Of a stretch of 49,892 nucleotides of DNA, positions 30,172-41,064 are shown piece by piece (within the stretch, counting starts at the first letter, position 1; each line of letters starts with the position of its first letter). The stretch is from Actinomycetes bacterium (GTDB lineage Bacteria > Actinomycetota > Acidimicrobiia > Acidimicrobiales > RAAP-2): assembly GCA_021828005.1 (NCBI GenBank), contig JAKATJ010000005.1, positions 1 to 49,892 of the forward strand, in the 5' to 3' direction. The notes under the pieces are model-generated. The model made no database searches and was not told the DNA's origin. It was given only the letters and a program-made list of their open reading frames with translations. A program made the position numbers and the translations under genes.

Positions 30172-30521
30172 TGGCGACGTTGCGCGAGGTGAGACGGATG
30201 TTCCCTCCGGAGGACGCCGAGGCGTACGCCCGGGCGTACACGATCGCCGGGGTCGTCGGAGATCTTGGGGCGCTCCTGCACGCGCGGCGCGTCGCGGCGG
30301 GTCTCAGCGTGGGCGAGCTGGCCCGGCGCATGGGGGTCGACGAGGAGGAGGTCCGTCGCGCCGAGGAAGGGGACGCTTCCCTCACCGTCGCGCTCGCCGC
30401 TGGTGTGGCACGCGCGACCAGAGCGCGCGTGCGGAGGAGGGTCTCGGGCGGCGACGACGCGGTGTTCGGGACCTCGGGCCCGCCCCCGCCACCTGTGCCG
30501 CCGCGGCAACCCGGGGCCTGA
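30168..30521 (+). CDS. XRE-family helix-turn-helix protein (HigA-like antitoxin candidate)
   Basis: The HTH segment is LLHARRVAAGLSVGELARRMGVDEEEVRRAEEGD. The start (GTG 30168 or ATG 30171) overlaps the toxin stop at 30169-30171. The C-terminus is Pro-rich. Confidence 0.7.
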   Translation: MMATLREVRRMFPPEDAEAYARAYTIAGVVGDLGALLHARRVAAGLSVGELARRMGVDEEEVRRAEEGDASLTVALAAGVARATRARVRRRVSGGDDAVFGTSGPPPPPVPPRQPGA

Positions 30522-30534
30522 GGGGCCTCGCGCC

Positions 30535-31125
30535 GTGTCCGAGCGCGCTGGCGCGGACCGCGGTGCCACCGCGGGCGGTGGCGGCGGAGCGGTCGAGCCG
30601 ACGGCGCGCCTCTTCGTCGGCGTCTGGCCCCCGCCGGACGTGTCGGCCCTCCTCTCTTCGCTCGAGCGCCCTGCGCTCGGTGCGGTGCGGTGGACGACCC
30701 CGACGCAGTGGCACGTGACGCTTGCGTTCCTCGGGAACGTCGCCTCCTCGCGGATCGACGGCGTCGGAGCCGCGCTCGTCGACGCGACGGCCCGCGCGGC
30801 GGCTCCGCCCGAGGCGCGCCTCGGACCGGCGACCCGGCGCCTCGGCCGCTCCGTCCTGTGCGTCCCGGTGCATGGGCTCGACGAGCTCGCCCTCTCGGTG
30901 CGCCGCGCGCTCGTGCCGCTCCTGCCCGGTGCCGGTCTCGAAGGACCCTTCGACGGGCACCTCACCCTCGCCCGCTCGCGGGGACGCCGGGCCCTCCCCG
31001 CGTCGCTGGCGGGAGCACCGCTGGAGGCGTGCTGGCGGATCCAGCAGGTGGACCTCGTCCGCTCGGAGCTCGACCGCGCCGGTGCCCGGTACACGACGCT
31101 CGTCCGGGCGACCGTTCCGTCGTGA
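30535..31125 (+). CDS. thpR: RNA 2',3'-cyclic phosphodiesterase (2H phosphoesterase, ThpR/LigT)
   Basis: It has two HxT motifs in the expected positions (WHVTLAF and GHLTLAR). It starts at the in-frame GTG at 30535, 13 nt after the HTH gene stop. Length is about 196 aa. Confidence 0.85.
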   Translation: MSERAGADRGATAGGGGGAVEPTARLFVGVWPPPDVSALLSSLERPALGAVRWTTPTQWHVTLAFLGNVASSRIDGVGAALVDATARAAAPPEARLGPATRRLGRSVLCVPVHGLDELALSVRRALVPLLPGAGLEGPFDGHLTLARSRGRRALPASLAGAPLEACWRIQQVDLVRSELDRAGARYTTLVRATVPS

Positions 31126-31168
31126 AGCCGCCGCGCGACCGAGTCGACGGCCGTCCCGGCATCCCACA

Positions 31169-31184
31169 TCGAACATGCGTTCGC
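31169..31184. promoter_or_regulatory. LexA (SOS/Cheo) box upstream of recA
   Basis: TCGAACATGCGTTCGC compares with the actinobacterial consensus TCGAAC-N4-GTTCGA (15/16). It lies 78 nt upstream of the recA ATG. Confidence 0.75.
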
Positions 31185-31261
31185 CACTAAGGTGTGTCAC
31201 ACCCCTCGCTTACGGTCGCCGCCTGCAGACCGGACGCCACGACCAAGGAGACGACAGCGCA

Positions 31262-32320
31262 ATGGCACTCGAGGACCGGGACAAGGCACTGGCGACGGCG
31301 CTCAGCCAGATCGAGAAGCAGTTCGGCAAGGGCTCGGTGATGCGAATGGGCGAGCACGTCGACATGGGCATCGAGGCCATCCCGACGGGCGCCCTCTCCC
31401 TCGACCTCGCCCTGGGCATCGGAGGGCTCCCACGCGGGAGGATCGTGGAGCTCTTCGGGCCCGAATCGAGTGGGAAGAGCACGTTGGCGATGCACGTCGT
31501 CGCCGAGGCGCAGCGCAACGGCGGGATCTGCGCGTACATCGACGCGGAGCACGCGATGGACCCGGCCTACGCGCGTGCGATCGGTGTGAACGTCGACGAC
31601 CTGCTCATCTCCCAGCCGGACACCGGAGAGCAGGCCCTCGAGATCGCCGACATGCTCATTCGCTCCGGCGCGATCGATGTCATCGTGATCGACTCCGTCG
31701 CCGCGCTCACGCCGCGTGCGGAGATCGAGGGCGAGATGGGCGACAGCCATGTCGGGCTCCAGGCCAGGCTCATGTCTCAGGCGCTCCGCAAGCTCGCCGG
31801 GACGTTGAACAAGTCCAACACGATCGCCGTCTTCATCAACCAGCTCCGCGAGAAGATCGGGGTCATCTACGGATCACCTGAGATCACCCCGGGCGGGCGC
31901 GCCTTGAAGTTCTACGCGTCCGTCCGGCTGGACATCCGTCGCATCGAGTCGATCAAGGACGGGGCCGACGTCATCGGGAACCGGACCCGCGTGAAGGTCG
32001 TGAAGAACAAGGTGAGCGCGCCCTTCCGCCAGGCGGAGTTCGACATCATGTTCGGCACCGGAATCAGCCGAGAGGGGTCGCTCCTGGACGTCGCGGTCGA
32101 CCTCGGGCTGGTCAAGAAGTCCGGTGCCTGGTTCACCTACGAGGGAGAGCAGCTCGGCCAGGGCCGGGAGAACGTGAAGGCGTTCCTCCGGGAGAACCCG
32201 CAGCTCATGGCGGAGATCGACGACCGGGTGCGCCAGCAGCTCACGCCGAAGGAGCCGGCGCAGACGGCGGTGGCGGGCTCTGAGGCCGACCCGGACGACC
32301 TCCCCATCACCCTCGAGTGA
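31262..32320 (+). CDS. recA: Recombinase RecA
   Basis: [30 protein letters not shown]..., Walker [12 protein letters not shown], and the L1/L2 regions. Length is 352 aa, with no intein. Confidence 0.98.
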   Translation: MALEDRDKALATALSQIEKQFGKGSVMRMGEHVDMGIEAIPTGALSLDLALGIGGLPRGRIVELFGPESSGKSTLAMHVVAEAQRNGGICAYIDAEHAMDPAYARAIGVNVDDLLISQPDTGEQALEIADMLIRSGAIDVIVIDSVAALTPRAEIEGEMGDSHVGLQARLMSQALRKLAGTLNKSNTIAVFINQLREKIGVIYGSPEITPGGRALKFYASVRLDIRRIESIKDGADVIGNRTRVKVVKNKVSAPFRQAEFDIMFGTGISREGSLLDVAVDLGLVKKSGAWFTYEGEQLGQGRENVKAFLRENPQLMAEIDDRVRQQLTPKEPAQTAVAGSEADPDDLPITLE

Positions 32321-32388
32321 CCGCCCCGGCCTGATCGCGGCCCCGCGGGCCCTCGCGGGTCAAGTCGCGGGTCCGGTCTCCCCGCGGG

Positions 32389-33456
32389 TCAGTGCGTCGT
32401 GGTCACGTGCACGTACGTGGGGACCAGCTCGACCCAAGTGTCGCCGGGCTGCATCGTGATCGCCTGGCCGGATGTGGTCGTGAAGCTGGTCGGCTGGGCG
32501 AGCGTTGTGCGCGACCAGCTGCCGGTGATCTCTACCCCGTCACGGAAGACGAGGGCCTTGCCGCGGGCGTGTGTGTACAGGTTCGCCTGGACCTCGAGGC
32601 CCCCTGTCGAGTTCTCGAGCCAGGGTCCGTAGTAGACGTGGACGAACTGGACCACCACGTTCGACGCGCTGTTCTGCACGCCGTTCGAGAGCGTGTCGGG
32701 AGTCGAGCCGTAGAAGCGGAGGAACTTGCGCGTTCTCGGGTCGTACTTCCACACGACCTCCGAATAGGTGGAGAACGGGATCGACACCGACTTGACCGAC
32801 GTGACGGACGCGCCGGCGGGGACGGTCTTGGAGTAGGAGAAGACCGGGAGCGGCGGATGGCTCGCTGTGGAGCGCATCCGCCAGATCGCTGTCGTCGAGG
32901 TGTAGGTGTCGTAGGGAGCGTAACGACCAGCCGGGTGCTGGACGACTGTTGTCGTGTAGTTGCCGAGCTCGAAGTCTTCGAGCGGCGAGGACAGGATGTT
33001 GTCGATCACCGGCTGGATCCCGCCGACGTGCACGAACAGCGGGTGCCCGAATTGGCCGAGGATGCCGATGTCGATGTTGCGCGCCGAGCGCACGTCACCG
33101 ACGACGGGCGCGCCGTGGCACTGGAAGATCGCCACGTAGCGGGTGATCCCGCCCTCCACGGGCTCCTCGAAGACGATGTCGGCGGCTGTCAGCCCCGTCT
33201 GCGGGCGTGCCTGCGGGAAGTTGTCGACCTTCACCGCCAGCGCGGACCGCTTCGGGACGACGCCGTGGGGCGGCGGCTTCCCGGTGAGCGGGCAGTCGGG
33301 GCCGGTCGCGTCCCGCGTGGACCGGCGGGATGTCGACGCGGAAGCCCCGTGGGTCGAGTGGTTCCCGTTCTTGGCGGCGTCGGAGCCGCCGGAGGCGCAT
33401 CCGGCCAGCAGGCACCCTGCCCCGATCAGCGCGACTGCTGCACGGAGAGGGGTCAC
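32389..33456 (-). CDS. DUF3048-family lipoprotein
   Basis: The in-frame GTG at 33456 gives VTPLRAAVALIGAGCLLAGCASGG (signal peptide with lipobox LAGC). The mature part carries VKVDNFPQARPQTGLTAADIVFEEPVEGGITRYVAIF, typical of DUF3048. Confidence 0.8.
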   Translation of the reverse strand: MTPLRAAVALIGAGCLLAGCASGGSDAAKNGNHSTHGASASTSRRSTRDATGPDCPLTGKPPPHGVVPKRSALAVKVDNFPQARPQTGLTAADIVFEEPVEGGITRYVAIFQCHGAPVVGDVRSARNIDIGILGQFGHPLFVHVGGIQPVIDNILSSPLEDFELGNYTTTVVQHPAGRYAPYDTYTSTTAIWRMRSTASHPPLPVFSYSKTVPAGASVTSVKSVSIPFSTYSEVVWKYDPRTRKFLRFYGSTPDTLSNGVQNSASNVVVQFVHVYYGPWLENSTGGLEVQANLYTHARGKALVFRDGVEITGSWSRTTLAQPTSFTTTSGQAITMQPGDTWVELVPTYVHVTTTH

Positions 33457-33498
33457 AGCCGACCATCGGAACGTGCTCCGCCGTCCCCGCCCGTTCGT

Positions 33499-33564
33499 GC
33501 CGCGATCTCCGGGCGTGCCGGGCCTGCCGCGATCTCCGGGCGTGCCGGACGTGCCGCGATCTCT
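33499..33564. repeat. 27-bp tandem repeat, ~2.4 copies, in the lipoprotein/acetyltransferase divergent spacer
   Basis: The copies are gccgcgatctccgggcgtgccgggcct / gccgcgatctccgggcgtgccggacgt / gccgcgatctct.. They lie 43-108 nt upstream of the lipoprotein GTG. Confidence 0.9.
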
Positions 33565-33745
33565 GCGTCGTCGCTCCTCTCTTCCCACGCGGCGGGCAGT
33601 CTGGCAGAGGGCTCGGGAAAAAGGTGCGCGAGGCATGCGCTCCCATTGTGGACGAGGTCGCCGCCGAACAGGGGGAGTGTCAGCTCGGGGGCGCCGGCCG
33701 AGCCCAGCGCGCCCGGCGCCGGAGCGACGTGTAGCGTGCGGACGG

Positions 33746-34411
33746 ATGGCCTGGTCGCAGACGGTCCGCTGGGTCGTGCGGCGCGCGGCGGCCGAAGGGC
33801 TCCGGCGGGCTTGGGAGTGGGCGGCCTTCGGCGCGGCGGTCGGGCCCGACGACCTGCGGGCACGGCGGTTCTCGGCCTTCGGCGAAGGCAGCCTCCTCGC
33901 CTTCCCGACCGGCACGGTCTACAACGAACGGTACGTGTCGGTGGGCGCGGGCACGATGATCGGCCCGTACGTGTCGCTCACCGCGGGCATGGCCCCGGGC
34001 CAGGAAATGCTCACGTCGCCCGTCGTCCGGATCGGTGACCGCTGCGTGATCGGTCGGGGCAGCCACGTCGTCGGCCACTGGTCGATCGACATCGGCGACG
34101 ATGTCCAGACCGGCCCGTACGTCTACATCACGGACCAGAACCACAGCTACGTGGAGCCCGACGAGCCGATCGGCCGGCAGCCACCGGTCGAGGCGGGCGT
34201 CTCGATCGGTGCCGGGAGCTGGCTCGGTGCACACGCCGTGGTGCTCCCGGGCGCGCAGGTCGGGCGCCATGTCGTGGTGGCGGCGGGCGCGGTCGTCCGC
34301 GGGCAGGTGCCCGACCACTGCGTGGTGGCAGGGGTGCCCGCCCGCGTCGTGCGGCGGTGGTTCCCCGGACAGGGCTGGGTCGACGTGGACGAAGCGACCG
34401 CGCCGCGGTGA
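33746..34411 (+). CDS. Hexapeptide-repeat (left-handed beta-helix) acyltransferase
   Basis: From ATG 33746. Repeated [LIV]-G-x4 hexapeptides are present (VSVGAGTMIGPYVSL, VRIGDRCVIGRGSHVVG, VSIGAGSWLGAHAVVLPGAQVGRHVVVAAGAVV). Confidence 0.8.
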   Translation: MAWSQTVRWVVRRAAAEGLRRAWEWAAFGAAVGPDDLRARRFSAFGEGSLLAFPTGTVYNERYVSVGAGTMIGPYVSLTAGMAPGQEMLTSPVVRIGDRCVIGRGSHVVGHWSIDIGDDVQTGPYVYITDQNHSYVEPDEPIGRQPPVEAGVSIGAGSWLGAHAVVLPGAQVGRHVVVAAGAVVRGQVPDHCVVAGVPARVVRRWFPGQGWVDVDEATAPR

Positions 34412-34959
34412 GCTGCGGGGACGCCGGGGCGCAGAGGGTGCGAGATCCCGGGGAGATCGCCATCGCGGTTGTCGGCTCCGGGAGCTGCGGTCCTGACGAC
34501 GCGCGCCTCGCAGAGGAGGTCGGGCGCCGTCTCGCGGAGGTGGGCGCCCTGGTCGTCACCGGTGGTCTCGGAGGCGTGATGGCCGCCGCCTGCCGTGGGG
34601 CCCGCGAGGCCGGTGGGACGACCGTCGGGCTCTTGCCGGGGGAGACGCGGGCAGAGGCGAACGACTGGGTGGGCGTCGCGCTCCCCACCGGGCTCGGGGA
34701 CGGCCGCAACCTGCTCGTGGTCCGGGCCGCGGACGCCGTGATCGCGATCGGTGGCGAGTACGGGACGCTCTCGGAGATCGCCCTTGCGCTGAAGGGCGGC
34801 CGGCCGGTCGTGGGCCTCGGGACCTGGGAGGTCCGCCGCCACGGGGAGACGGGGAGCGATCCTGGGATCTGGCGAGCCGACGATCCTGCGAGCGCCGTCG
34901 CGCTGGCCATCGAGCTGGCTCGTCCCGCGGCGCCTGGAGTGCGGTCCGCTCGGCCATGA
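34408..34959 (+). CDS. TIGR00725/LOG-like Rossmann-fold protein
   Basis: The GTG overlaps the acyltransferase stop (GTGA). Motifs present are IAVVGSG, VVTGGLGGVMAAACRGA, PTGLGDGRNLLVV and AIGGEYGTLSEIALAL. Confidence 0.7.
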   Translation: MSCGDAGAQRVRDPGEIAIAVVGSGSCGPDDARLAEEVGRRLAEVGALVVTGGLGGVMAAACRGAREAGGTTVGLLPGETRAEANDWVGVALPTGLGDGRNLLVVRAADAVIAIGGEYGTLSEIALALKGGRPVVGLGTWEVRRHGETGSDPGIWRADDPASAVALAIELARPAAPGVRSARP

Positions 34960-35016
34960 CCAGGGAGGATGGCCCGCGACGGGCACGCGCGCGAGGAGGT
35001 CGTGCTATGATGTGCT

Positions 35017-35270
35017 CATCTCGGGTGTGCCTCACGGGTGAACAGGGGAAGGTGGCATGGAGGGTGTGGACGGCGGTAAGGCCGCCATCGCACTGCGGAA
35101 GGCTCCAGCCCGCTCCTCAGCTGCACAGACGGATGTGTGCGGCGTCTCCTGCTGGGTAACTCTGAAGTCGCGGACCGTGTGGTTCCCTGTGCTCCATGGG
35201 CGGGGGTTTCTGTAACGGTCTGTGAGGTGTCGGCCCCCCTTCCCCATCCCCATCCCCCGGGGGGCCGGCA
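35017..35270 (+). ncRNA. Candidate small RNA (promoter-to-terminator unit with a C-rich hairpin loop; family unassigned, 6C-like feature)
   Basis: An extended -10 TGcTATGAT lies at 35003-35011. There is no credible ORF in 34960-35454. Possible closing helices are CCTCAC/GTGAGG and ACAG/CTGT, with an internal GGCGG-taagg-CCGCC hairpin. The unit ends in a 9-bp GC stem whose 19-nt loop reads UUCCCCAUCCCCAUCCCCC. Strand and ends are inferred only. Confidence 0.3.
35231..35267. terminator. Strong GC hairpin (cggcccccc / ggggggccg, 19-nt C-rich loop)
   Basis: There is a perfect 9-bp stem at 35231-35239 and 35259-35267. It lies between the convergent TIGR00725 and ABC-F genes. There is no U-tract, as is common in high-GC actinobacteria. 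Confidence 0.45.
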
Positions 35271-35454
35271 CCGACTTCTGCTGCGCGGCGCGACGACGGC
35301 GAAACCGGGCTCCGCTCACCACGGGCACCTGAGCAGGACCCGCCTCCCCGAGACCCGGTCCGTCGCGCGGCGGTGAGGGGCGCCGCCCGAGGTGCCGCTC
35401 CACGGACGTCGCCGCCGAGGCTCGTTGCCACGCCAACCGGCGCGCATCGGGCCG

Positions 35455-37053
35455 TCAGCGCAACTCGACCTGGTCCAGGTACTCGTCGCGCCAGAAGTCG
35501 TAGCGCTCCACGGGGAGGAGGAGCGCATGGGTGGGCTCCAGCGACTCGACGAACGCTCGGTCGTGGCTCACCACGACGAGCGTCCCCGGCCAGCGGCCCA
35601 GCATCTCGCCGACGGCCGTCACGGACTGAGGGTCCAGGTTGTTCGTCGGCTCGTCGAGGACCAAGAGGTTGGACCAGCCCGCGGCGAGCATCGCCAGCGA
35701 GAGCTTCGCCCGCTCGCCACCCGAGAGGCTGCCGGCGCGCCGGGTGGCCAGCTCACCGGAGAGGCCGAAGGAGCCCAACAGTGACCGCCGGTCCACCTCG
35801 GTCGCCAGCGCGGAGTCGTCGATGTTCTCGAGCGCCGTCCGCTCGGGGTCGACCTGCTCGTGCTCCTGCGCGAAGTAGCCGACGGCGACGTTGTGGCCGA
35901 GCGCGACGACTCCTCGGGTGGGCGCCTGGACGCCTGCAAGACACCGGAGGAGGCTCGACTTACCCGCGCCGTTGCGGCCGACGACCACGGCTCGGTCGCC
36001 GCGCGAGAGCGCCATCCAGACGTCGTGCAGCACGGGTTGGGACCCGTAGGAGACGGCGAGCGAGCTGACCTGGAGCGACGTCTCCCCCGAACGAGGCGGT
36101 TCGGGCAGGCGGAACCGCACGGCGCGCTCCTTCTTCGCTGCGTGGGTCTTCGTCCGCTGCAGCCGCTCGACGCGCCGGTCGAGGGTCTTGGCGACCCGGG
36201 CCCGTCTCTCGGTGCTCCCCCGCATCGAGTCAGCAAGCGCCGACAGGCGCCCGACCTCGCGCGCCTGTCGGGCCGCGGTCCGCTGCTGCTGGTCGAGTCG
36301 CTGGGCGAGCTGCGAGCGGAAGCTCGTGTACGTCCCGGAGAACTCCGCCAGCGTGGCCGCGTGGAGGTGGAGGACTTTCGTGATGGCGCGGTCGAGCAGC
36401 GTCAGGTCGTGGCTCACGACGAGGAGCGCTCCCTTGAACTGCGCGAGCTGCTCCATCAGCCACCGTTTGGCTGGGACGTCGAGATGGTTCGTGGGCTCGT
36501 CGAGCACCATCACGTCGGGCTCGCCGAACAAGATCCGCATCAGGTCGATCCGTCGCCGCTGGCCGCCCGAAAGGCTGTCGACATCCTCGAAGAGAAGGTC
36601 CTGACGGAGCCCGAGGCCGTCGGACATGCGGGCGAGGGTCGACTCCGCCTCGTACCCACCGAGCACCCTGTACCGCTCTTCGGCGTCGGAGAACCTGGCG
36701 ATCAGCTCAGGCGTGGGGTTCTCCGCCATGAGACGGCGGGTGGCGCTGACCTCGACGTCGAGCACGTCGAGCCCGCGGGAGGAAAGGACGTGGGAGAGCG
36801 CGCTCGAGTCGGTGCCGAGCCCGCCCGAGACGGGCACTTGTGGCAGGTGGCCGAGCGAGCCGAGCACCTGGACGTCCCCGTGCCAGGAGAGCTGTGCGGA
36901 GGGTTCGCCGACGAGAACGGAAAGAAGGGACGTCTTCCCGACGCCGTTGCGCCCGACGATCGCCGCCTTGTCGCCGGGGCCGACCACGAAGGAGGCGTCC
37001 TGCAGCAAGGGGCGACCGGCGATCGACAGCGCGAGGGACGTGGCGGAGATCAT
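35455..37053 (-). CDS. ABC-F family ATPase (two ABC cassettes, no TM domain)
   Basis: Walker A motifs GRNGVGKTSLL and GRNGAGKSSLL, signatures LSGGQRRR and LSGGERAK, and an inter-domain linker. The start is taken at MISATSL (37053); an alternative is 37074. Confidence 0.9.
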   Translation of the reverse strand: MISATSLALSIAGRPLLQDASFVVGPGDKAAIVGRNGVGKTSLLSVLVGEPSAQLSWHGDVQVLGSLGHLPQVPVSGGLGTDSSALSHVLSSRGLDVLDVEVSATRRLMAENPTPELIARFSDAEERYRVLGGYEAESTLARMSDGLGLRQDLLFEDVDSLSGGQRRRIDLMRILFGEPDVMVLDEPTNHLDVPAKRWLMEQLAQFKGALLVVSHDLTLLDRAITKVLHLHAATLAEFSGTYTSFRSQLAQRLDQQQRTAARQAREVGRLSALADSMRGSTERRARVAKTLDRRVERLQRTKTHAAKKERAVRFRLPEPPRSGETSLQVSSLAVSYGSQPVLHDVWMALSRGDRAVVVGRNGAGKSSLLRCLAGVQAPTRGVVALGHNVAVGYFAQEHEQVDPERTALENIDDSALATEVDRRSLLGSFGLSGELATRRAGSLSGGERAKLSLAMLAAGWSNLLVLDEPTNNLDPQSVTAVGEMLGRWPGTLVVVSHDRAFVESLEPTHALLLPVERYDFWRDEYLDQVELR

Positions 37054-37143
37054 GGTTGGGTCGCTGGGGAGCACCGTCGAGGCGCCGTCGGCGACGATTG
37101 CCGGCTGACTTCGTTGCCGCCGGCGTCGCGCCGATGCAGGAGG

Positions 37144-37488
37144 TTACCCGCTGGCCCCGTCCGCTGCCTCGGACGGGGGGCGTCCACCAGCTTCCCGGCG
37201 CAGCTCGAGGATGCGGCGCGCGCACGCTTGCTCGGCGCGCGCACGCCGCGGGTCACCGGGAGGGAAGTCGAAGTCGATCTCGACGATCTTCCTCCGCGAC
37301 GAGCCACCGGCGACGAGACGGACGTCGCTCGATCGGGCTCCGAGCGCCGAAGCGACCGCGCGCAACGCGGCTGCCGTCGCACGGCCCTTCTCCGGCGCCT
37401 CGGGGACGCGTACAACGAGCGCACCGTCGTAGTCGCCCCCGACCGACGCCGAGCGCGATCCCGGCTGGACACGGATCTCGATGCGCAT
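37144..37488 (-). CDS. DUF167 (YggU) family protein
   Basis: MRIEIRVQPGSRSASVGGDYDGALVVRVPEAPEKGRATAAALRAVASAL matches the YggU pattern. Confidence 0.7.
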   Translation of the reverse strand: MRIEIRVQPGSRSASVGGDYDGALVVRVPEAPEKGRATAAALRAVASALGARSSDVRLVAGGSSRRKIVEIDFDFPPGDPRRARAEQACARRILELRREAGGRPPSEAADGASG

Positions 37489-37545
37489 GATGCAAGAAGG
37501 TTCCCTGCTCCGGTCGCAGCCCCGCCCCGCCCGAGCTCGTCGCTG

Positions 37546-37883
37546 TCAGCGGGTCCGGACGAAGCGGTGCACCGCCTCGAGCAGCTCGCGGCTCTTCTCG
37601 GCAGCGACCACATCGTCCCCTGACGCGAGCGCGCGTCTGACGCAGTGGTTGACGTGGTCGTCGAGGATCTTGAACGCGACGGCCTCGAGAGCGGTGCTGA
37701 TCGCCGAGATCTGGGTGAGGATGTCGATGCAGTAACGATCCTCGGCGATCATCTTCTCGATCCCGCGGGCTTGCCCCTCGATCCGACGCATACGTTTGAG
37801 GAGCGCGTCCTTGTCACCTTCGACGACGTAGCCGTGAGGGGCAGTCGCCCCGTCGGGATGGCCCGGGGTCGGGCGTCCGGGGC

Positions 37884-37887
<4 letters not shown>
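37546..37887 (-). CDS. csoR: CsoR-family copper-sensing repressor
   Basis: [19 protein letters not shown], with Cys in RYCIDILTQ and His/Cys in DDHVNHC (the C-H-C Cu(I) ligand set). The GTG start overlaps the copA stop. Confidence 0.9.
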
Positions 37888-40102
<2,215 letters not shown>

Positions 40103-40106
<4 letters not shown>

Positions 40107-40300
40107 GCCGCCTCGTAGCCCGCTTGCGCGATCGCTGCACGAAGTGCTGCGTCACTGAGCGCGTCCCCTCTGACCGTGACGAGCTTGGTCCCGAGGTCCA
40201 CCTCGACCGATTGCACGCCCGGCACCGAGGAGATCGCGCCTTCGACCGCCCGGGTGCAGTGGTCGCAGCTCATCCCCGGCACCGTGTAGGTGGTTTCCAT
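40103..40300 (-). CDS. copZ: Copper chaperone CopZ (HMA domain)
   Basis: [23 protein letters not shown] (MxCxxC). Length is 65 aa. Its stop overlaps the copA GTG. The RBS is AAGGAGGA. Confidence 0.9.
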
Positions 40301-40356
40301 GGTCGTCTCCTCCTTGCTCGCCCACGCTCCACACGTCGTTGCGGAACGCGAGTTCC

Positions 40357-40377
40357 GTATACCCCTACATGGTATAC
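40357..40377. promoter_or_regulatory. CsoR operator candidate upstream of copZ
   Basis: GTATACCCCTACATGGTATAC has 7-bp inverted arms GTATACC/GGTATAC. The left half TATACCCCT matches the Streptomyces-type CsoR box (TATACCCCT-N-AGGGGTATA) as I remember it. It lies 57-77 nt upstream of the copZ ATG. Confidence 0.6.
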
Positions 40378-40459
40378 CGACGACCCGGGCAGCCGATCAC
40401 GCGCCTTGGCTGGGGGACACGGGACGTGCTGGGAGGCGCCACCCCCGTCGGGCAGCAGG

Positions 40460-40774
40460 TCAACGGCGATCCGCCGTGCCGGCCGGCTCTCTGTCATCGG
40501 AGGCGACGAGATGCTGCCCGCCGCTCAGGAGGTCGCGGATGCGCCGGTACTCTTCGGCGTCGATCTCACCTCTTGCGAGCCGTTCGTCGAGGATCCGCTT
40601 GGGGTCGGAATGGTCAGAAGGCCGTCGATCCGCGCCGGGGCGCCGGACGACGGCTTCGACGAGGTACCAGATCGCCCAGATCAAAAGTCCCCAGAAGACG
40701 ACCATGCCGATGGCTCCGAGCAGCCACCCCCACCACTGCATCCCTCCGCCCCAGTACCACATCATGGAGACCAC
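40460..40774 (-). CDS. SHOCT-domain membrane protein
   Basis: It has a Trp/Gly-rich N-terminal TM segment (MMWYWGGGMQWWGWLLGAIGMVVFWGLLIWAIWYL) and a C-terminal ILDERLARGEIDAEEYRRIRDLL SHOCT motif. Confidence 0.75.
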   Translation of the reverse strand: MVSMMWYWGGGMQWWGWLLGAIGMVVFWGLLIWAIWYLVEAVVRRPGADRRPSDHSDPKRILDERLARGEIDAEEYRRIRDLLSGGQHLVASDDREPAGTADRR

Positions 40775-40843
40775 CTCCGTGGGTCTCGTGGGCCCGACCT
40801 GCTCCCACCCTGGCCTTGGATACCCCAGCCGGGTAGGGTCGGA

Positions 40844-40916
40844 GGTCCCTCCCCTCCGGGGTGCGTCCCCCGCGCGGTCCGTCCCCTCCGGGGTGCGTCC
40901 CCGCGCGGTCCGTCCC
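40844..40916. repeat. 32/31-bp tandem repeat, ~2.3 copies, upstream of the SHOCT gene
   Basis: The copies are gtccctcccctccggggtgcgtcccccgcgcg / gtccgtcccctccggggtgcgtccccgcgcg / gtccgtcccc.. The unit length is not a multiple of 3, and no convincing ORF covers it. Confidence 0.9.
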
Positions 40917-41064
40917 CGAGGCCCGCACAGCTCACCGGCCCCGTTGCACGCCGGCTGTGGGTACGACGAGACGTCACCGAGCCGACGAAAGGATCGTTGT
41001 CACGCCCACGCCGACGGAGACCCGGGCGCACGGGCCAGCTTCTCCCCGTACCACGGGAAGCCGT

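Noticed and set aside
30168-30521. Possibility that the XRE-HTH gene is the ClgR ortholog often found near pgsA/cinA/recA in actinobacteria
   Set aside because: This could not be excluded. However, its start overlaps a RelE/HigB-like ORF, and the HTH region did not match my recollection of ClgR. The antitoxin reading was therefore preferred, and the alternative is recorded as a refutation route in the finding.
35032-35436. Short ORFs (134, 104 and 79 aa) inside the 34960-35454 spacer
   Set aside because: The translations are Arg/Pro/Gly-rich with no start context or motif. The region is better explained as non-coding (the sRNA/terminator candidate).
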